In this document: piece after piece, positions 49,945 through 62,560 of the stretch
Position numbering within the stretch: position 1 is the first letter of the stretch
How the letters are laid out: each line of letters begins with the position of its first letter
Made by a program: the position numbers and the translations under genes
The notes under the pieces: generated by a model
The model's database searches: none
What the model was told of the DNA's origin: nothing
What the model saw: the letters and a program-made list of their open reading frames with translations, nothing else
From: Lama glama
Taxonomy: Eukaryota
DNA: 64,000 nucleotides
Reading direction: 5' to 3'
Assembly: GCA_028534125.1 (NCBI GenBank)
Contig: CM052818.1
Span: forward strand, 36,954,001 to 37,018,000

Positions 49945-50739
49945 AAATAAACTTTTATTTTGAGATCATTATAGATTTACATGCAGTTGTAAGAAATGAT
50001 GGAGATACTTGTCTTCCCTTTGCTCAATTTTTCTCAATAACATCTTCCAACAATACAGTACAGTATCACAACCAGGATACTGATGTTGATCCAATCCATC
50101 AGACTTGTTCAGATTTCCTGTTTTACTTGTACTTATTTGTATGCATGTGTGTGTACATATGTGTTTAGTTCTATGCAATTCTATCATTTGAACAGTTTCA
50201 TGTATTTACTATGACAGTCATGGTATAGAGCAGTTCCATCAACACAAATCTCTTTCATGTTTCCCCTTCCTCTGCCCCACCCTGCCCTTGTCTTTAACCC
50301 CTGGCAACCACTAATCTCTTCTCCATTTTTGACATTCAGTCTTTTACCATACATATGATGTTAGCTGTGGGGTGTTTTTTGAGTGTAAATATTCTACTCT
50401 TTTTAACTTAACCATTTATGTCTTTATGTATTTTTTTTAAATCATCGATGGGTATTGGATTTTGTCAAACATTGTCTGCATTGTTTGACATTATCATATG
50501 GCTTTTCTTCTTTGGCATGTTGCTGTAATGAGTTACACTGATTGCTTTTTTGAATGTTCAGCCAGCTTTGCATACCTGGAATATATCCCACTTGCTCATG
50601 AGACATAATTCTTTTTGGATTTGACACATAATTCATCATTGGATTGGATTTGCTAATTTTTTGTTGAGAATCTTTGTGTCTGAGTTCACGTGAGATTCTG
50701 GTCTGATTTTTTTTTTTTTGTATTGTCTTTGGTTTTGGT
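49945..50739 (-). mobile_element. Nested L1MC-like insertion (3' UTR plus RT fragment)
   Basis: 'cttttattttgagatcattatagatttacatgcagttgtaagaaat' 3' end; 50442-50639(-) has HEQVGYIPGMQSWLNIQKS (L1 RT); degenerate TSD AAACTCTGCCTT/AATCTCTACCTT. Confidence 0.8.
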
Positions 50740-52674
50740 AATCTCTACCTTTCAATTGGAGTGTTTAGATCATTTATAGTTAATGTGATTATTGATATGG
50801 TTAGGTTTAAATCTATCATCTATCATCTTGCCATTTGTTCCATCTACTTTTAGTCCTTTTCCTCTTTCTCTACCTTATTTTGGATGAGTGAAGTATTTTA
50901 AAAATATTCTATTTTATCCACTTTGTTGATTGGCTTATAGCTATAATTCTTTGTTTAGTTCTTTCAATAGTTTCTTTAAGGATTACAGAACATCTTTAAG
51001 TTATTATATTCTACCTTCAAGTAATGTTATACTACTTCACATGTGGTAAAAATTCTTATAATAGTAAAGCCCAGGACTCCTGGACCTTCAGCTTCACCCG
51101 CTTGACTCTGGCTGTTTGCATGGGCTCTGCCTAGGTTCCTTCTCATTGGATCATGGATTGGAGGCTCTTTCAAGACAGTAAGCTGGGGCAATTCTAAGGC
51201 TCTTCTCATTTGCTTCTTCTCTTTCGAGAATCACTATCTTTCATTTCCTGTTGTACTGAGTCTTGCAAACCACTGTTTCATGTACATTGCTGCTTTTTTG
51301 TTGTTTTGTTTTGGTTTGATTTCAGGTAGGAAGATAAATCTGGTTCCTCTTACTCCATCTTGGGCAAAAGTAGAAATTCCATACTGTTGTTTTAATGTAG
51401 ATTCTGTAGACTTCATATTAAAGTCAAAGTACTAATCTTTTCAAGAGAGTCTCTGTTGTGGACTGGAGAGAATGAAAGCATCAAGACTATGGAACATGTA
51501 TCAGATCTTCCCCTTCAGAAAGATCCAGTCCATGTACTGGAACCTCACAGAGTGGCAGATATTTGCACATGATGGTAGAACCCACTCTCTGGAAGGAGAA
51601 GGTGATTTTTGCAAAGGAATATTGTTGTATGTGTGTTTAGTCTCCATCCCACTTATTTTTCTTTGTGAGTGAGACTAAATCTAGGACCGCGAAATCCTCC
51701 ATTTTACATTTGTCAAATAAATAACTCTACACCAAAGGCAAAGAAAATTGGAGAGAAGAAAGGGCATCACATGCTTAAAGAATCACATGGCCTCAGACTC
51801 TGGAGGTTCCTCAAGAGTAGCCCCTGCCTTTAGGAAAATAAGAGATTTATCTTCTTTATTTGATGTATTCTGCCATTCTGAATGTTAAGGAACTTATCCA
51901 AGATCCTGTAAAGTGTAACCTTAGTTTCTCTCTCCAAGTTTAAGAAACACCTGCCTTTTTAGTGATTCTTCCTACAGTGTTCTTCTCTTGTTCTTTTACT
52001 GACTGTGGGGTGGTTTCCTTCCCTCCCTCAGCTCTGCTAGTCTCCTGCTTAGCTAGTGGCATGCTTTCTAAAGGCTTTCGGCATATTATGCCTCTCTAGA
52101 TGGGGGAAAAACATATTTCCCTCTGAAGTATCTCTTGGGAAGCTTTAAAGCTACACAATTAACAATTTCCCTGTTCATTTTCTGTCCCCTTGTGGTCCTG
52201 GTCTCTGACGGCGGATGGATGGCTGTATCATAACACTCCCTCCACATCATTTGTCACATCCTGGCGCTGTGACAACAGCTTCTCTGTTTCTAGAAGGCCT
52301 GGAACTAGAATGTCAGGCAGGGAAACTAAATAGCTTTTCACCCTTAGGACATAGTTCCTTCTTCAGAGGGCTGCAGGCCACTGAGAGCTGGTGGTGGGGC
52401 CATTGAGCTGTTGAAGCACGGAGCATTTCTACCAGCCTGGAATGTGACTGTGAAGACTTTATTCTGACTGTGCCTGGTCCTAGAGAATTGATTTGGAAAA
52501 ATGACCAGAAAGCTTTGCAGACAATGGGATCTTTCCTTTTCTCTAAAGCAATGAGCTGCAGTGCTCTGGCATCTTTCAGCAAGGTGCTGTTTGCAAATAA
52601 GGAGTTATGTATAGCCAAGAGCAACTGTAATTAACAGGGCAAAGAATTTGGTATGGAGAATACAAATAACAACA

Positions 52675-52915
52675 ACATTAACATTAAGCAGTTTTAGAGG
52701 GATCGCCATAGAGTCTTGCACTGATCTAAGTTCTACAGTTATATTAACTTATTGAATCTTCACAATAATCCTTTGAGGTATGCACTCTTATTATCCCTAT
52801 GATATTGCTGAGGGAGGTTAAGTGACTTACTCCAAGTCACTTAGCTAAAAAGTGGTGAATTCAAACCGTGACATTCTGACTCAAGTCTGTGCTCTGAATC
52901 TCAGTGCTAGATTGC
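52675..52915 (-). mobile_element. MIR
   Basis: 'atattaacttattgaatcttcacaataatcctttgaggta...aggttaagtgacttactccaagtcacttagcta'. Confidence 0.85.
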
Positions 52916-53074
52916 CCTGATTATGAAATTCCTCTTCTTCATCAAATCATAAAGTGGAGATAAGTGAGGTGAGAAAAGTGTGGACTTTTACTAGAATAAA
53001 GAGGAGAAATACCTTTGTCCCCAGAATGAAATGGATGCTCAGTAGGTGGCAAAGAATTGGTCCTATGGAGATTT

Positions 53075-53444
53075 CTGTCGGCTTCTCTACTTTTCTCAGC
53101 CTCCCTTAATTTGGATTCACTATAGGAATAGTTCTGGCCAATGAAATGTGAGCAGAAGTAACGTGGGCCAAGATGGTTAAGTGATTTCCTGTGCTCCCTT
53201 TCCCCTACCTGCTGCCTTGTGGACATCCTTGAAGGGCAACCTCAAATTCGTGATAAGGTAGAAGCAAAAGAGAAGAGCAAACTGGATCCCTGAATCACTG
53301 CATGGAGGAGAGCTGACCAGGCGTGTCTTCACAACCCAGAACCTGGAGTGGGTTAGAAATAAACTTACGTTGTGTTGTTAAGCCATTGAGATTTCAGGGA
53401 TCATTTGTCACTGTAGCAAAGATGAACCTGCCCTGATTAATACA
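53075..53444 (+). mobile_element. MaLR LTR (MLT1J-like)
   Basis: 'agttctggccaatgaaatgtgagcagaagt...ccctgaatcactgcatggaggagagc...aaataaactt...aagccattgagatttcaggg...ccctgattaataca'. Confidence 0.85.
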
Positions 53445-54499
53445 TAACTTGCTTGTCCCTGCTGCCCAGTGGCCTTTTCTGAGCACAGGCCCTTTCCCTG
53501 GGGAGAAGGAGGGCTATTCAGGTCTTCAGAGACATTGCCTGAGCAGATGGGAGAGCCCATTTCTGCCCGGTGTGGTCCAGTCGTTTCCCAGCCTTCAGTA
53601 ACCCACCTCCACAAGAGATATAAGAGAGCACAAGACGAGACAAGGGAGGAGTGTTAGTTTCTGAATATGTAAAATAAGTGAGGGGCACCGTATTACCTCT
53701 AAGGGCTCTTGAAGCTCTGTAAGTCTGATTAATAGTCATGTATGGGGATGTTAAATAAAACTTTCTTGGATTGCTTGGAAATTCAGCTGATGCCCAAAGT
53801 CTGAGAAAAATATCTGCCAAGTACACCCATATTTTAAACGGATAGCCTAGCCCATCTACCAGGCACTTTAAAAGGAGCTGACCCCAAACTGTTCTGTCAG
53901 CATTAGCTCATACCCCACCTCCAGGGTGTACAGGGAAAGAGGTGGAAGGTAGGAGGCCAGGATTAAGGGTCCCTTTGGGGAAAGTTGTCAAGCGTGGTGA
54001 TTTGTTCCCTCCACATCCCAGGTCAGAAGGAGAGGTGGAGTCTTCCCTCTCTAATCTAGGCAGCTGCTCAGACACTTTTCCTGTGCTCTCTGGCCTTCAC
54101 TGGACAGAGCAGCTGGACTCTGCTGGTCGCCTCGGGTGGAGGCAGCAGAGAGGAAAGAATCAGAACTGCCCTGGGAGTAGCCTTGAGTACTTCTGGGGTA
54201 TAACCAGGCTGAGAATGTGCGCCTCTTGTAGAGTAGGTGAGACTCTGAGGAAGGAGGCTGCTGGGGTCCAGCTGCCCATGAAGATGCCCTGGAGAGATGG
54301 GGGGATGGGAGGAGGGGGGACTGCAGGGTGCCAGTGCCTGAGGGAGTGCTGCTGGCCACGGAAGGCATTGTTTTTGCAAGAGAATGCAAGATGGGGCGGT
54401 CCTCATAAAAGCACCCCATGAAGAAAATATTTAGTTTTGAATGCCACTCTCTGAATTTCAGAAACATTGGTGTTGGATTATACCTGCACTATTCCAGGA

Positions 54500-54502
<3 letters not shown>

Positions 54503-54534
<32 letters not shown>
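54503..54534. repeat. (TC)16 microsatellite
   Basis: Seen directly. Confidence 0.95.
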
Positions 54535-54538
<4 letters not shown>

Positions 54539-55319
54539 CTGTGAAGACACAAATCAGAAGGCAGAGTGGGGAAGAGGGGGCAAAAGGAGAGAACAATGAT
54601 GGCTCTGACTTCTCCCTCAGGCCTCCAAGACTGCAGTGGACCTGACCGGCGAAATCATAAATTGGAGGAGATTTTAGAATTTTACTATTACATAGTGCTA
54701 GACTTTTAAATGTGCCCCTCAAAAGACAGTATTTGCTTCTTATCTGAGAGTTAACAAAAATGTTATGAGACTGCCAAATGTTCATTTCGGAGCAGGGAGG
54801 AGCAGTCCCGTAGAAGAGGTTGAAAGGGGCACCTGTGACAAAAATCCAGTTCCTGTTGCTTGGGTCCTGTTGAGTCTGGTTTATTCAGTGAATCAGTTGC
54901 ATGTATACACATTGTCTCACTTTCCAAAATACACCCATCCATCAAATTATCACTTTGATACCTACCTGTCTGTCAGCTGGTTGGGTGCATGTGATCGGTG
55001 TAGAACCTATTTGTGCTCAGGTATCATCCATGTGTTGTTTCCCTTGCTGAGCCTCCAACGTGGGCACTGCCTTCCGGGCACTTGCCTCTGGTTTGCTGCT
55101 GCTGCTCTTGTGTTTGGAGACTCCAGCCCCGGAGAAGATCCAGGAGACGCCCTCGTGGCCTCTCTAGATGTCCAGAAAAGGGGGGGTATTGTGCACCCAG
55201 GCAGTCAGAGCCGTTCTGGGTGGAGGGATGCGTTTGTATTTACGGGACTCTCCTCCTCATCACTGTCTCTCATAACCCTACCTTCTCTGTGCAGCGGAGC
55301 TGCGAAGCTCGCCTTCCCA

Positions 55320-55700
55320 TGACTCCTCCCACATATTTTGCTCACTTCTCAGGCTTTTCTTAAGCTTGTCTCTCTGCCTTTAATGCCCTTCTGTTGTCCC
55401 CATCATCCAAGTCCTGATTTTCTACCAAGTATTATTCTGATTCGCTCTGTGCCCCCCACCCTCTAGGAAGACTTTCCTGATCTTGTATGAGAGTTAATTC
55501 CATCCTTAGTCTTACCGTGCATGACTTATGTCTCTGTGTGTTCCCCCTGATCGTAGTTGCCTGAATCATATCATTTGTGTTGGTTTTTCTCTCTTTCTAG
55601 TCTATGAGCTCTCAGAATTCAGAGACATGGCTCCACTCATTTCTGTATCATTGCTGGAACCCTAGGGCTGCTCACTGGGAATCTGTTAAATGGAATTAAA
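55320..55700 (+). mobile_element. L2 3' fragment
   Basis: 'ctctgcctttaatgcccttc...ctctaggaagactttcctga...ctagtctatgagctc...catttctgtatc'. Confidence 0.7.
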
Positions 55701-57109
55701 TTGCAGGTTATCACTTGTGGGTGAATTGGAAAGGATGTGTGATTTAGCTTGTCAAAATTATATTTTAAAAAGAGGTGGAGCTTGGACCCTAGACCCTAGC
55801 AAATGTGAAACTCTACTGGAATATTTCATGACCTGTGTCAATCCATGGAAAACCCAGGTGTTCGATTCTTTGAATTCATGGCTGAGCCCTTATGAATCTT
55901 GTGTGAACCTAGAGGGGCAGTTACGTGCATCCTGATCGGAAAAGAATGGGGAAGTTGGTGATCTGGTTAATATCCTTCATAACCACTTTTTTGGCAGGTA
56001 AAGGAAAAATGAACTAACTAGGGGAAATAGAGGCCAGGTTGGGGAGGGTGGGCCAGGTGTTATAATTCTGGGTCAGTGAGGGCCCCCCTTATCCCAGAGG
56101 AGAGAGTCATCTATCCACCACGGCCTGCAGCTGGTAATAACTGGCCTCCAGCAGGCTAGGTGGCGAGTTTTAACTCAGATGCACAAATACAGCAGCTTAG
56201 TAATGAGTCAGGGAATGGCTCTGAGCAAAGTGGTATTTAGGATGACCTGCTTGTCAAGGACAATATTTCCCCTTTTATTAGGAGGTAGGGAGAGGGGCAT
56301 GCTAGGTGTCTCTCCTGTTCAGTACAGAAGGGGGAATAGGTGCAAAGACAACAGCATTCAAAGCTACTTTTGCGCCTACTTGCACTTGGCGCTCTGCTTG
56401 GGGGTGGGCGAGGCACTGGAGGCAAAGTGGTTGGCAGTCTGCCAGGGTACAAGGCTTTAGCTTTAACAGGGTCAGGCTCTGCTATTTTGCTTGCTTGCTG
56501 CTCCTGATCATTTTTCTCTTCTGCCTTTTATTTTTCCCCCAGACCTTTTGGTACCCAATGATTTTTGATTAATTTATTTACCATCGTTGGGTGATTGATG
56601 CTGTTTGGTGCTGGTACTTTGTAACTTTCCAATTCTTCTAGTTGTCAATGTGACAGCTCCTTGATGATTAATTAGACCCTGTCCCTGCTCTTTTCATTCT
56701 CCCTGTGCACCAAGACTCTTGGTTTTCAGCAAATATAAATATTTCTAAATGCAGATTTAATGATTGAGAACACCCAGCAAAATCCAGAAAGATCTATGAT
56801 ACTTTCACTCTCCTTTACTTTCCCACTGAAATTTAACACATTGTGTTTTTTTCCTCTTCCTGCTTTACTTAGATTTTGAGAATCCACTTGCCTTTTTGGA
56901 ATCTCTCAAGCTATTTTCTTGTTCTTCTGGTGTCTCCATCTATGCATGGTTTTCCTGTCTCACTTTCTCATCTCTTGTCATCTTCATGGTTTATGTGAAC
57001 TCAGTTTCCTCTACACAATGTGTAAGTCTGGGATGGTGGCGAGAAAGGGAACTGATATTCAATAAGTCCTTCTATTTTTTTTTTTTCACTATGAGAGGTT
57101 ACTTTTCTA

Positions 57110-57300
57110 CCAAGTTCGTAAAATATTTATCAGGTACTCATTATGTGCCAGAAAAACCCATAGAACCTTCATACAAAGTAGTCATTTTTATTTTATAGAC
57201 AGGGGCATTGAGGCTTTGGGAGACTGGTCAATAGGCTTTAAGTTGTACAGATACGAGATGGCAGAGCAGGGATCTGAATCCAATCTGTCTGACTTTATTA
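57110..57300 (-). mobile_element. MIR
   Basis: 'atatttatcaggtactcattatgtgccag...attttatagacagggg...gatggcagagcagggatctgaatcc'. Confidence 0.8.
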
Positions 57301-57395
57301 TTATTTTCTATGACGCTATTCAGAAGATGATCAAGGTTGGATGAAGAAATTCCTAGAGCCTCAGAATCTGGAAGGGACCATAAACTTTCTCTGTA

Positions 57396-57580
57396 CAGGT
57401 GGTTCTTACACCTAGGTAATGAGACCCATGCTTGATGAGCTCCCTAAGAATCACTTTGGGATACTTATTAAAATACAAATTCCATAATGGTTAAAAAAGT
57501 CTGGATTGGCCTAAAACTGTTTGTATTTAAAACACCGCCTACATTATTCTAATTCATAGCCAGGTTAATGAACCAGTGCT
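57396..57580. mobile_element. MER5B-like element
   Basis: 'caggtggttctta...agaatcactttgggatacttattaaaatacaaattcc...attctaattcatagccagg...gaaccagtg'. Confidence 0.65.
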
Positions 57581-57769
57581 GTCAGCCAACTATTACCTAG
57601 TACACGACTTTTCTTGACATCTTCGTTGAGAGATGACCATCCAGCCTCTGGGATAAAGAGCTTCGCCTACGTCAGAGCTTCCGCGAGCCAACAGCCTTGA
57701 TACTTTCGGAGAAATCTTCCTCACGTCATCAGCTCCTCTGTCACCACAGCCTGTGATCCTTGTAATGTA

Positions 57770-57925
57770 AGTGATAGGCACTGCTTATTGAGTGCTCACT
57801 GTGTGCCAGCAACTTGCTAAATGCTTTAGATCTACTATGCCATTCAAGTGCCCCCAACAGCTCTCTGAAGTTTGCATTATTATTATTCCTCCCACATCGC
57901 AGAGGAGATGATTTCATCCTGGAGA
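57770..57925 (-). mobile_element. MIR
   Basis: 'cttattgagtgctcactgtgtgccagc...gctaaatgcttta'. Confidence 0.75.
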
Positions 57926-58468
57926 TACAAACAGTATGTTTGTTCTCTCTCTTCTGTATCATCTCTCCAGATATTTGCAGATGACATCCTTCCCAAGCCC
58001 TCTACATTTTCATAATTTAGTGTGACAACAAAATTCAACTGAGTACTGAGTTTTTCCAAGGCAAGATGCTAACGTTGCCAAGGTGAAGACGGTCCCTCTC
58101 CTTAAGGCGCCACAGTCTAGTGGGGAAGACTCACATGAAGTTAACTCTACTGTAGTTTTGTGTGTGAGCTTGCCTCTCTCAGCGACTAAGAGTTCCTGGG
58201 GGCAGTGCCTATACCTTCCCATCTTTTCTTCCCTGTGGTCAGAGGGTTGGATTTGTGATGGGGAATCAGTAAAGACACATTGTCATGGATTGACTGAGAC
58301 TCTTTTTTTGGTCTTCATGTTTCCTTGGGTGAGTCAAGTGATTGGACAGAGAGCAGGAAAGGAGGCTCTCTTGGATTCCTGCAACATATACCTTTGCGAT
58401 GGCCTTGTGAATTTCTCTGGAGTCCATGCATCAGTGATGCGGAGAATGTCTCCCTGGGAGATAATAGC

Positions 58469-58987
58469 TGATAATGATGGTTGATTTTTCAATGTGATTG
58501 GGCTAAGAGATGCCCAGATGACTGTTCAAATGTTATTTCTGGGTGTGTCTGTGAGGAGATTGGCAGAAGAGATTTAGCATTTGAGTCACCTGACTAGGTG
58601 AAGAAGATCTGCCCTCACCAACGTGGGCACCATCCGACCCACAGCGGGCCTGAATGGAACAAAAGGGTGGGAGAAGGGCAAGTCTGCTGTTTCTTCTTGA
58701 GCTGAGACGTCCATCTCCCCCTGCTTTCAGATACCCGAGCTCCTGGTTCTCGGGCCTTCGGACTCTGGGAGTCACACCAGCAGCCCCTCTTCCAGCTCCC
58801 TTGTCCCCTTTTCCAGGCCATTGGACTCGGATTGAATTAGACCACTGGGTTTCTTGGTTCTCCAGTTTGCAGACAGCATTTCATGACATATCTCAGCCTC
58901 TGTGATCATGTGAGCCAATTTCCATGAGTCTTCTCTACTTTATCAATATGTGTCCTATTGGTTCTATTTCTCTGTAGAGTTAATACA
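58469..58987 (+). mobile_element. ERVL solo LTR (MLT2B/C-like)
   Basis: 'gatggttgatttt...ttatttctgggtgtgtctgtgagg...gccctcaccaacgtgggc...ctattggttctatttctctg...taataca'; flanks ATAGC/ACAGC form a 4/5 TSD. Confidence 0.9.
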
Positions 58988-59629
58988 ACAGCTGCCTACA
59001 ATGTCTTACGCTAGTAGATAAAAATGCAGTATTTATAACCCAAAGCACTCAGGCATCCTGTCCACCTCTCTGACCGTCTCCATCATCTTAGATCTATCCC
59101 CTACTCCATGCCGTGACTTTTCCCATCTGCCAAATGGGAATACCATTCCTTATTAGTTTTCACAGGTATGTAGAAGGAAAGTATTAGTTATTACTAATGT
59201 ACTTCAAGCTTCTTGGCGACTCTGACTGCATAAATACAGATCTTTCTTGTTTTAAACAAGTGATGCTAAACAAAACCAAGAAATATTAAATTATGAATTA
59301 CAGAAGTGATAAATTATGGAGGTAGTTATTATTTAAATTGCAGAAATATTTCTCATTTTCAGCCCAGGGTTCCTTTACAAAGCAATCTGTCTTGTGCTTT
59401 TAAAAAAGTAATTCAATTTACAAAAATTTGATTTGCCTGCAACTTTTTAGAAACATTTATCTTGTAAAGTGAGACATCATCTGACTAAATTAGAGAATTT
59501 ACCAATATGTTTTGGCTTAGGATGAAAATCACTTCCTCCAAGGTTGTGAATATTGGCAAATTGAATCTCACTTCTCCCCTTCTCAGACGGAGACTATCCA
59601 AGTCCAGTTTTGAAGCATCTGGTCTGAGA

Positions 59630-59790
59630 ATTAGTAGTCATGGTGGAAATACTTGGATTCATGCTCTAGATCTGTCAATAAATCACTCATATCTCAGGGA
59701 GGTCAACCTCACGAGGCCTCAGTTTTCTCATCTGGAAAGTGAGGTGGTTGGAGCTGACGGTCCCCTCTAGCTTTAGCGTCCATGGGTGGT
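59630..59790 (+). mobile_element. MIR/MIR3
   Basis: 'ggcctcagttttctcatctggaaagtgagg...ggtcccctctagct'. Confidence 0.7.
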
Positions 59791-60099
59791 GCTCATTGCC
59801 AAAAGAACTGATCTGAAGTCACAAAGAACAAGAGCTGGCATACTGCCAGTGTGTAATCAATGTTTAACCAATGGGTAAAGTCTTGCTTTTTCTTTCTTTC
59901 TGAGATGATGCCGGGAATTCCAGAGTTTATGATAAAAACCAAACCAATTCAAGGAACCCTTTTCCTTCACCTTCCTTAGCTTGATCTCTCCTTAGCATCT
60001 TTTGCATCTTATAAGTCTGGTGGGGAAAAGATACTAGCTCTGTGTAAGTGTTGGGATTCGCATTTCAAGTTATGAAGTGGCAGGTGATGGTTGCAAGTG

Positions 60100-60610
60100 C
60101 GTGGAGGGGCAGTGGCCGCTCTCCGCTCCTCTGGCACAGTTGCCCCCGCACAGCCTGGCACCTGCCTGGGCACCCGCGGCGGCGGGCCAGCGTCCCACCC
60201 TCCCGCCGACCTCAGAGATCTGCGCCTCCTTCCTCCTGTGAATCATCAGAGGTGCCGACGCTCCTCCAGCTTCGTGCTCCTGGCAGAGGTGTTGTTTCCT
60301 CCTGAAAGCGGAGGGAGAGAGTTGCTAAGGAACACATTACCATGCTGACAGCACAACAATCTCGGAGAGTTTGGGCCTCCGCCGTTTGACTCTAATCAGG
60401 AAATCATTTTTAGAAGGATTTGTCGATGTAAGAAAACAAGCTCCTGAACTAAATTAGGATCTGGATTATTTTTTCCCTCCTCTCCCAATCTGCCGTGTGA
60501 GGCAGCTTGGAGAGCCCGCGTGGTTTTGTGTGTGGCGAATTTGTTTCTGTTGCGCATTTTAATTTGGAGCTCCTGAAGAAGGTGACTGTGTTTCTAAGGA
60601 CCGCGGGTTT
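60100..60610. promoter_or_regulatory. CpG-rich candidate promoter or enhancer with an RFX X-box-like motif
   Basis: About 16 CpG in 60100-60310; GTTGCTAAGGAAC at 60321-60333; repeat-free surroundings. Confidence 0.45.
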
Positions 60611-62304
60611 TCTTTTTTTTTTTTTTTCTGGAGGGGCCCCCTCAGAGGTGTGGGGCTCGCCTCTTTTTTTTCTCAGGCTGGTTGGCTTTCTTGGCAAGGC
60701 GGCCCAGGCTTCAGGTCTCTTTAATCTGATTGTCTTTTTCTTTTCTTTTCTTTTTCCCTCCCAGTAATGAATGCACCGCATGTCTCTGGGAAATTAAGGC
60801 AATCCATTATACTGTTGTCTTCCCATCTCTGCAGCAGGGATAATAGTATTTAACCCACCTTTGCAGTATACTGAGTGGCCTGTCAGGGTCTCTTCTTCAG
60901 AAGGACAACTTGAAAACATTTTAATAAATGCTCCTTAACTGTATGCTTTAAAAATACATGGGGCCAAATGGCAAACGACTCGGTAATAACTAGCTCAGCC
61001 AACCCGACTGGCCGTTCATCACTCTCTCTCTGCGACTGACTTCTGCTTCTCTCCACGTCCTTCCATTTCTCCACGGACACCCTGTCTCTATTTGGGGTTA
61101 GAATTTGGGGGTAGGGGGAGGTAGAGTTTTGGTGGTTACAGTCCTTGCTGCCCCTGCAGATCCAACCATCTCTTAAGCTGGGGACACAGTGGAATTTCAT
61201 ACCCTGTAGGGCTCCCAACAGACTGCACCTAAGGACGGAGAAGTGAGGGCCCAGCTCAGAGATGGCACGGAAAGGACGGGGTGTGACTGGATGCAGGTCC
61301 TCCATTTGTTACATGCCTGTGGTTTCATTTCCAAGGCAGTAGGGACCTAGTCTAATCACACTTAGGATGCTGTCATGTCGTGTGTGTTTCAGGCTGCCTG
61401 ACTCATGGTCACTCTGGGGGAGATGTTTGTTCTGGCGAACCAGAGGCCTGAGGTCTGGAGTTCATTCCTGCAGAGCAGAGTCAGAAGTACTTTCTAACTT
61501 TATCTTCTTGTTGTGTCCTCTGCGATAATGAAGGTGGCTGTGGACACTCCAAGGAGTCAGGAGGGACCTATCAGAGTGCAGTGTGAGCCCATCGTAGGGA
61601 TCAGAAGAGGAAGTCAAGGGCTGGTGCCTTGTGTGTTTGCAGGGCTGGCTTCTTGAGGGGACCTGGTAGTTAGTTGTCCCACAGGCTTTAGTTATATTAC
61701 TTCCTGTGTTCACTCATAGTACCCAATATTCAACCATTAGAGTTTCATTCCTTTGGGTTTGGGGGCTCTGTGGGGATTTTCAGAAACAGCGTAGTGTTAG
61801 CTCAAGAAGACTATTCCTCCTGTGCTTTCTGCTGATCCTGTGTGCTCCTCTCGACTGGAGAGTCCTGTGTTGATAAATGCCCTCAACCTTCCTGAGGCAA
61901 AGACTTCCTGGATAAAAAGACCTTGTCCATAGGAGGATCCCATAACCACATGAGCATCCAGGTAAATCTGAATGTTTTCATTTCTCCAACTCGTAAAAGA
62001 CATGGTTTACATGAGCTGGGAAAATGTGAGTTTAGATGAGTTCTCTCTGAGAAAATATGTGATGTAGGAATTACTCTTGTTCTGCCTCAAAACAGCCACA
62101 TGTGTAGGATCAACCAGTAGGTCAAGCCTGACTCTCCCAGGAAACAGCCCTTCTTACACTCTGAGCTCCTGGGACACACGCTCCAGAGAATCTGCCAGCA
62201 GCAGAGTTCTGTAACTAAGCTTCCAGGCTGGTCAGTGAGGGCTTCCTTTGTCTCCACGGCGAGATTAGGAGAATTCCTCAGTCCTGGAGGAGCCCTCAGT
62301 GGAT

Positions 62305-62309
62305 TGTGC

Positions 62310-62344
<35 letters not shown>

Positions 62345-62363
62345 TGTGTGTCTGTGTGTGTGT
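62305..62363. repeat. Interrupted (TG)n microsatellite
   Basis: Seen directly. Confidence 0.95.
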
Positions 62364-62364
62364 T

Positions 62365-62560
62365 CAAGCCACGGAAACCTTGCCCCTCTACCAAATAATA
62401 TCTTATGTGGAACCCCCAAATATTAGATATGGGGGGCAATCGTACTGAAGTGGGCGCTGGCATGGGAGAGTAGAATCCCCCTTGTCTGCCCCTCTCCCAT
62501 GTGGACCCCTCCCCACAGTGGCTCCCCAGGCACTTCTGTGGAACGCAGGGCTAAACCACC
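62365..62560 (+). mobile_element. MER117-like hAT-Charlie element
   Basis: 'atcttatgtggaacccccaaatat...ggctccccaggcacttctgtggaacgcagggct'. Confidence 0.6.

Larger units (their letters stand above)
48780..51375 (-). mobile_element. Old, internally deleted L1M with nested MER2 and a second L1
   Basis: ORF 49174-49650(-) contains NQKKARIAILITYKVDF...SKYMKQQQIKLQEEIGKSTI (L1 endonuclease); 48888-49154(-) resembles the ORF2 end; 5' region follows to ~51370. Confidence 0.85.

Noticed and set aside
25259..55915. Shared 15-mer GTGTGAACCTAGAGG at ~25259 and ~55901
   Set aside because: One or two exact 15-mer matches are expected by chance in 64 kb and the flanks do not align
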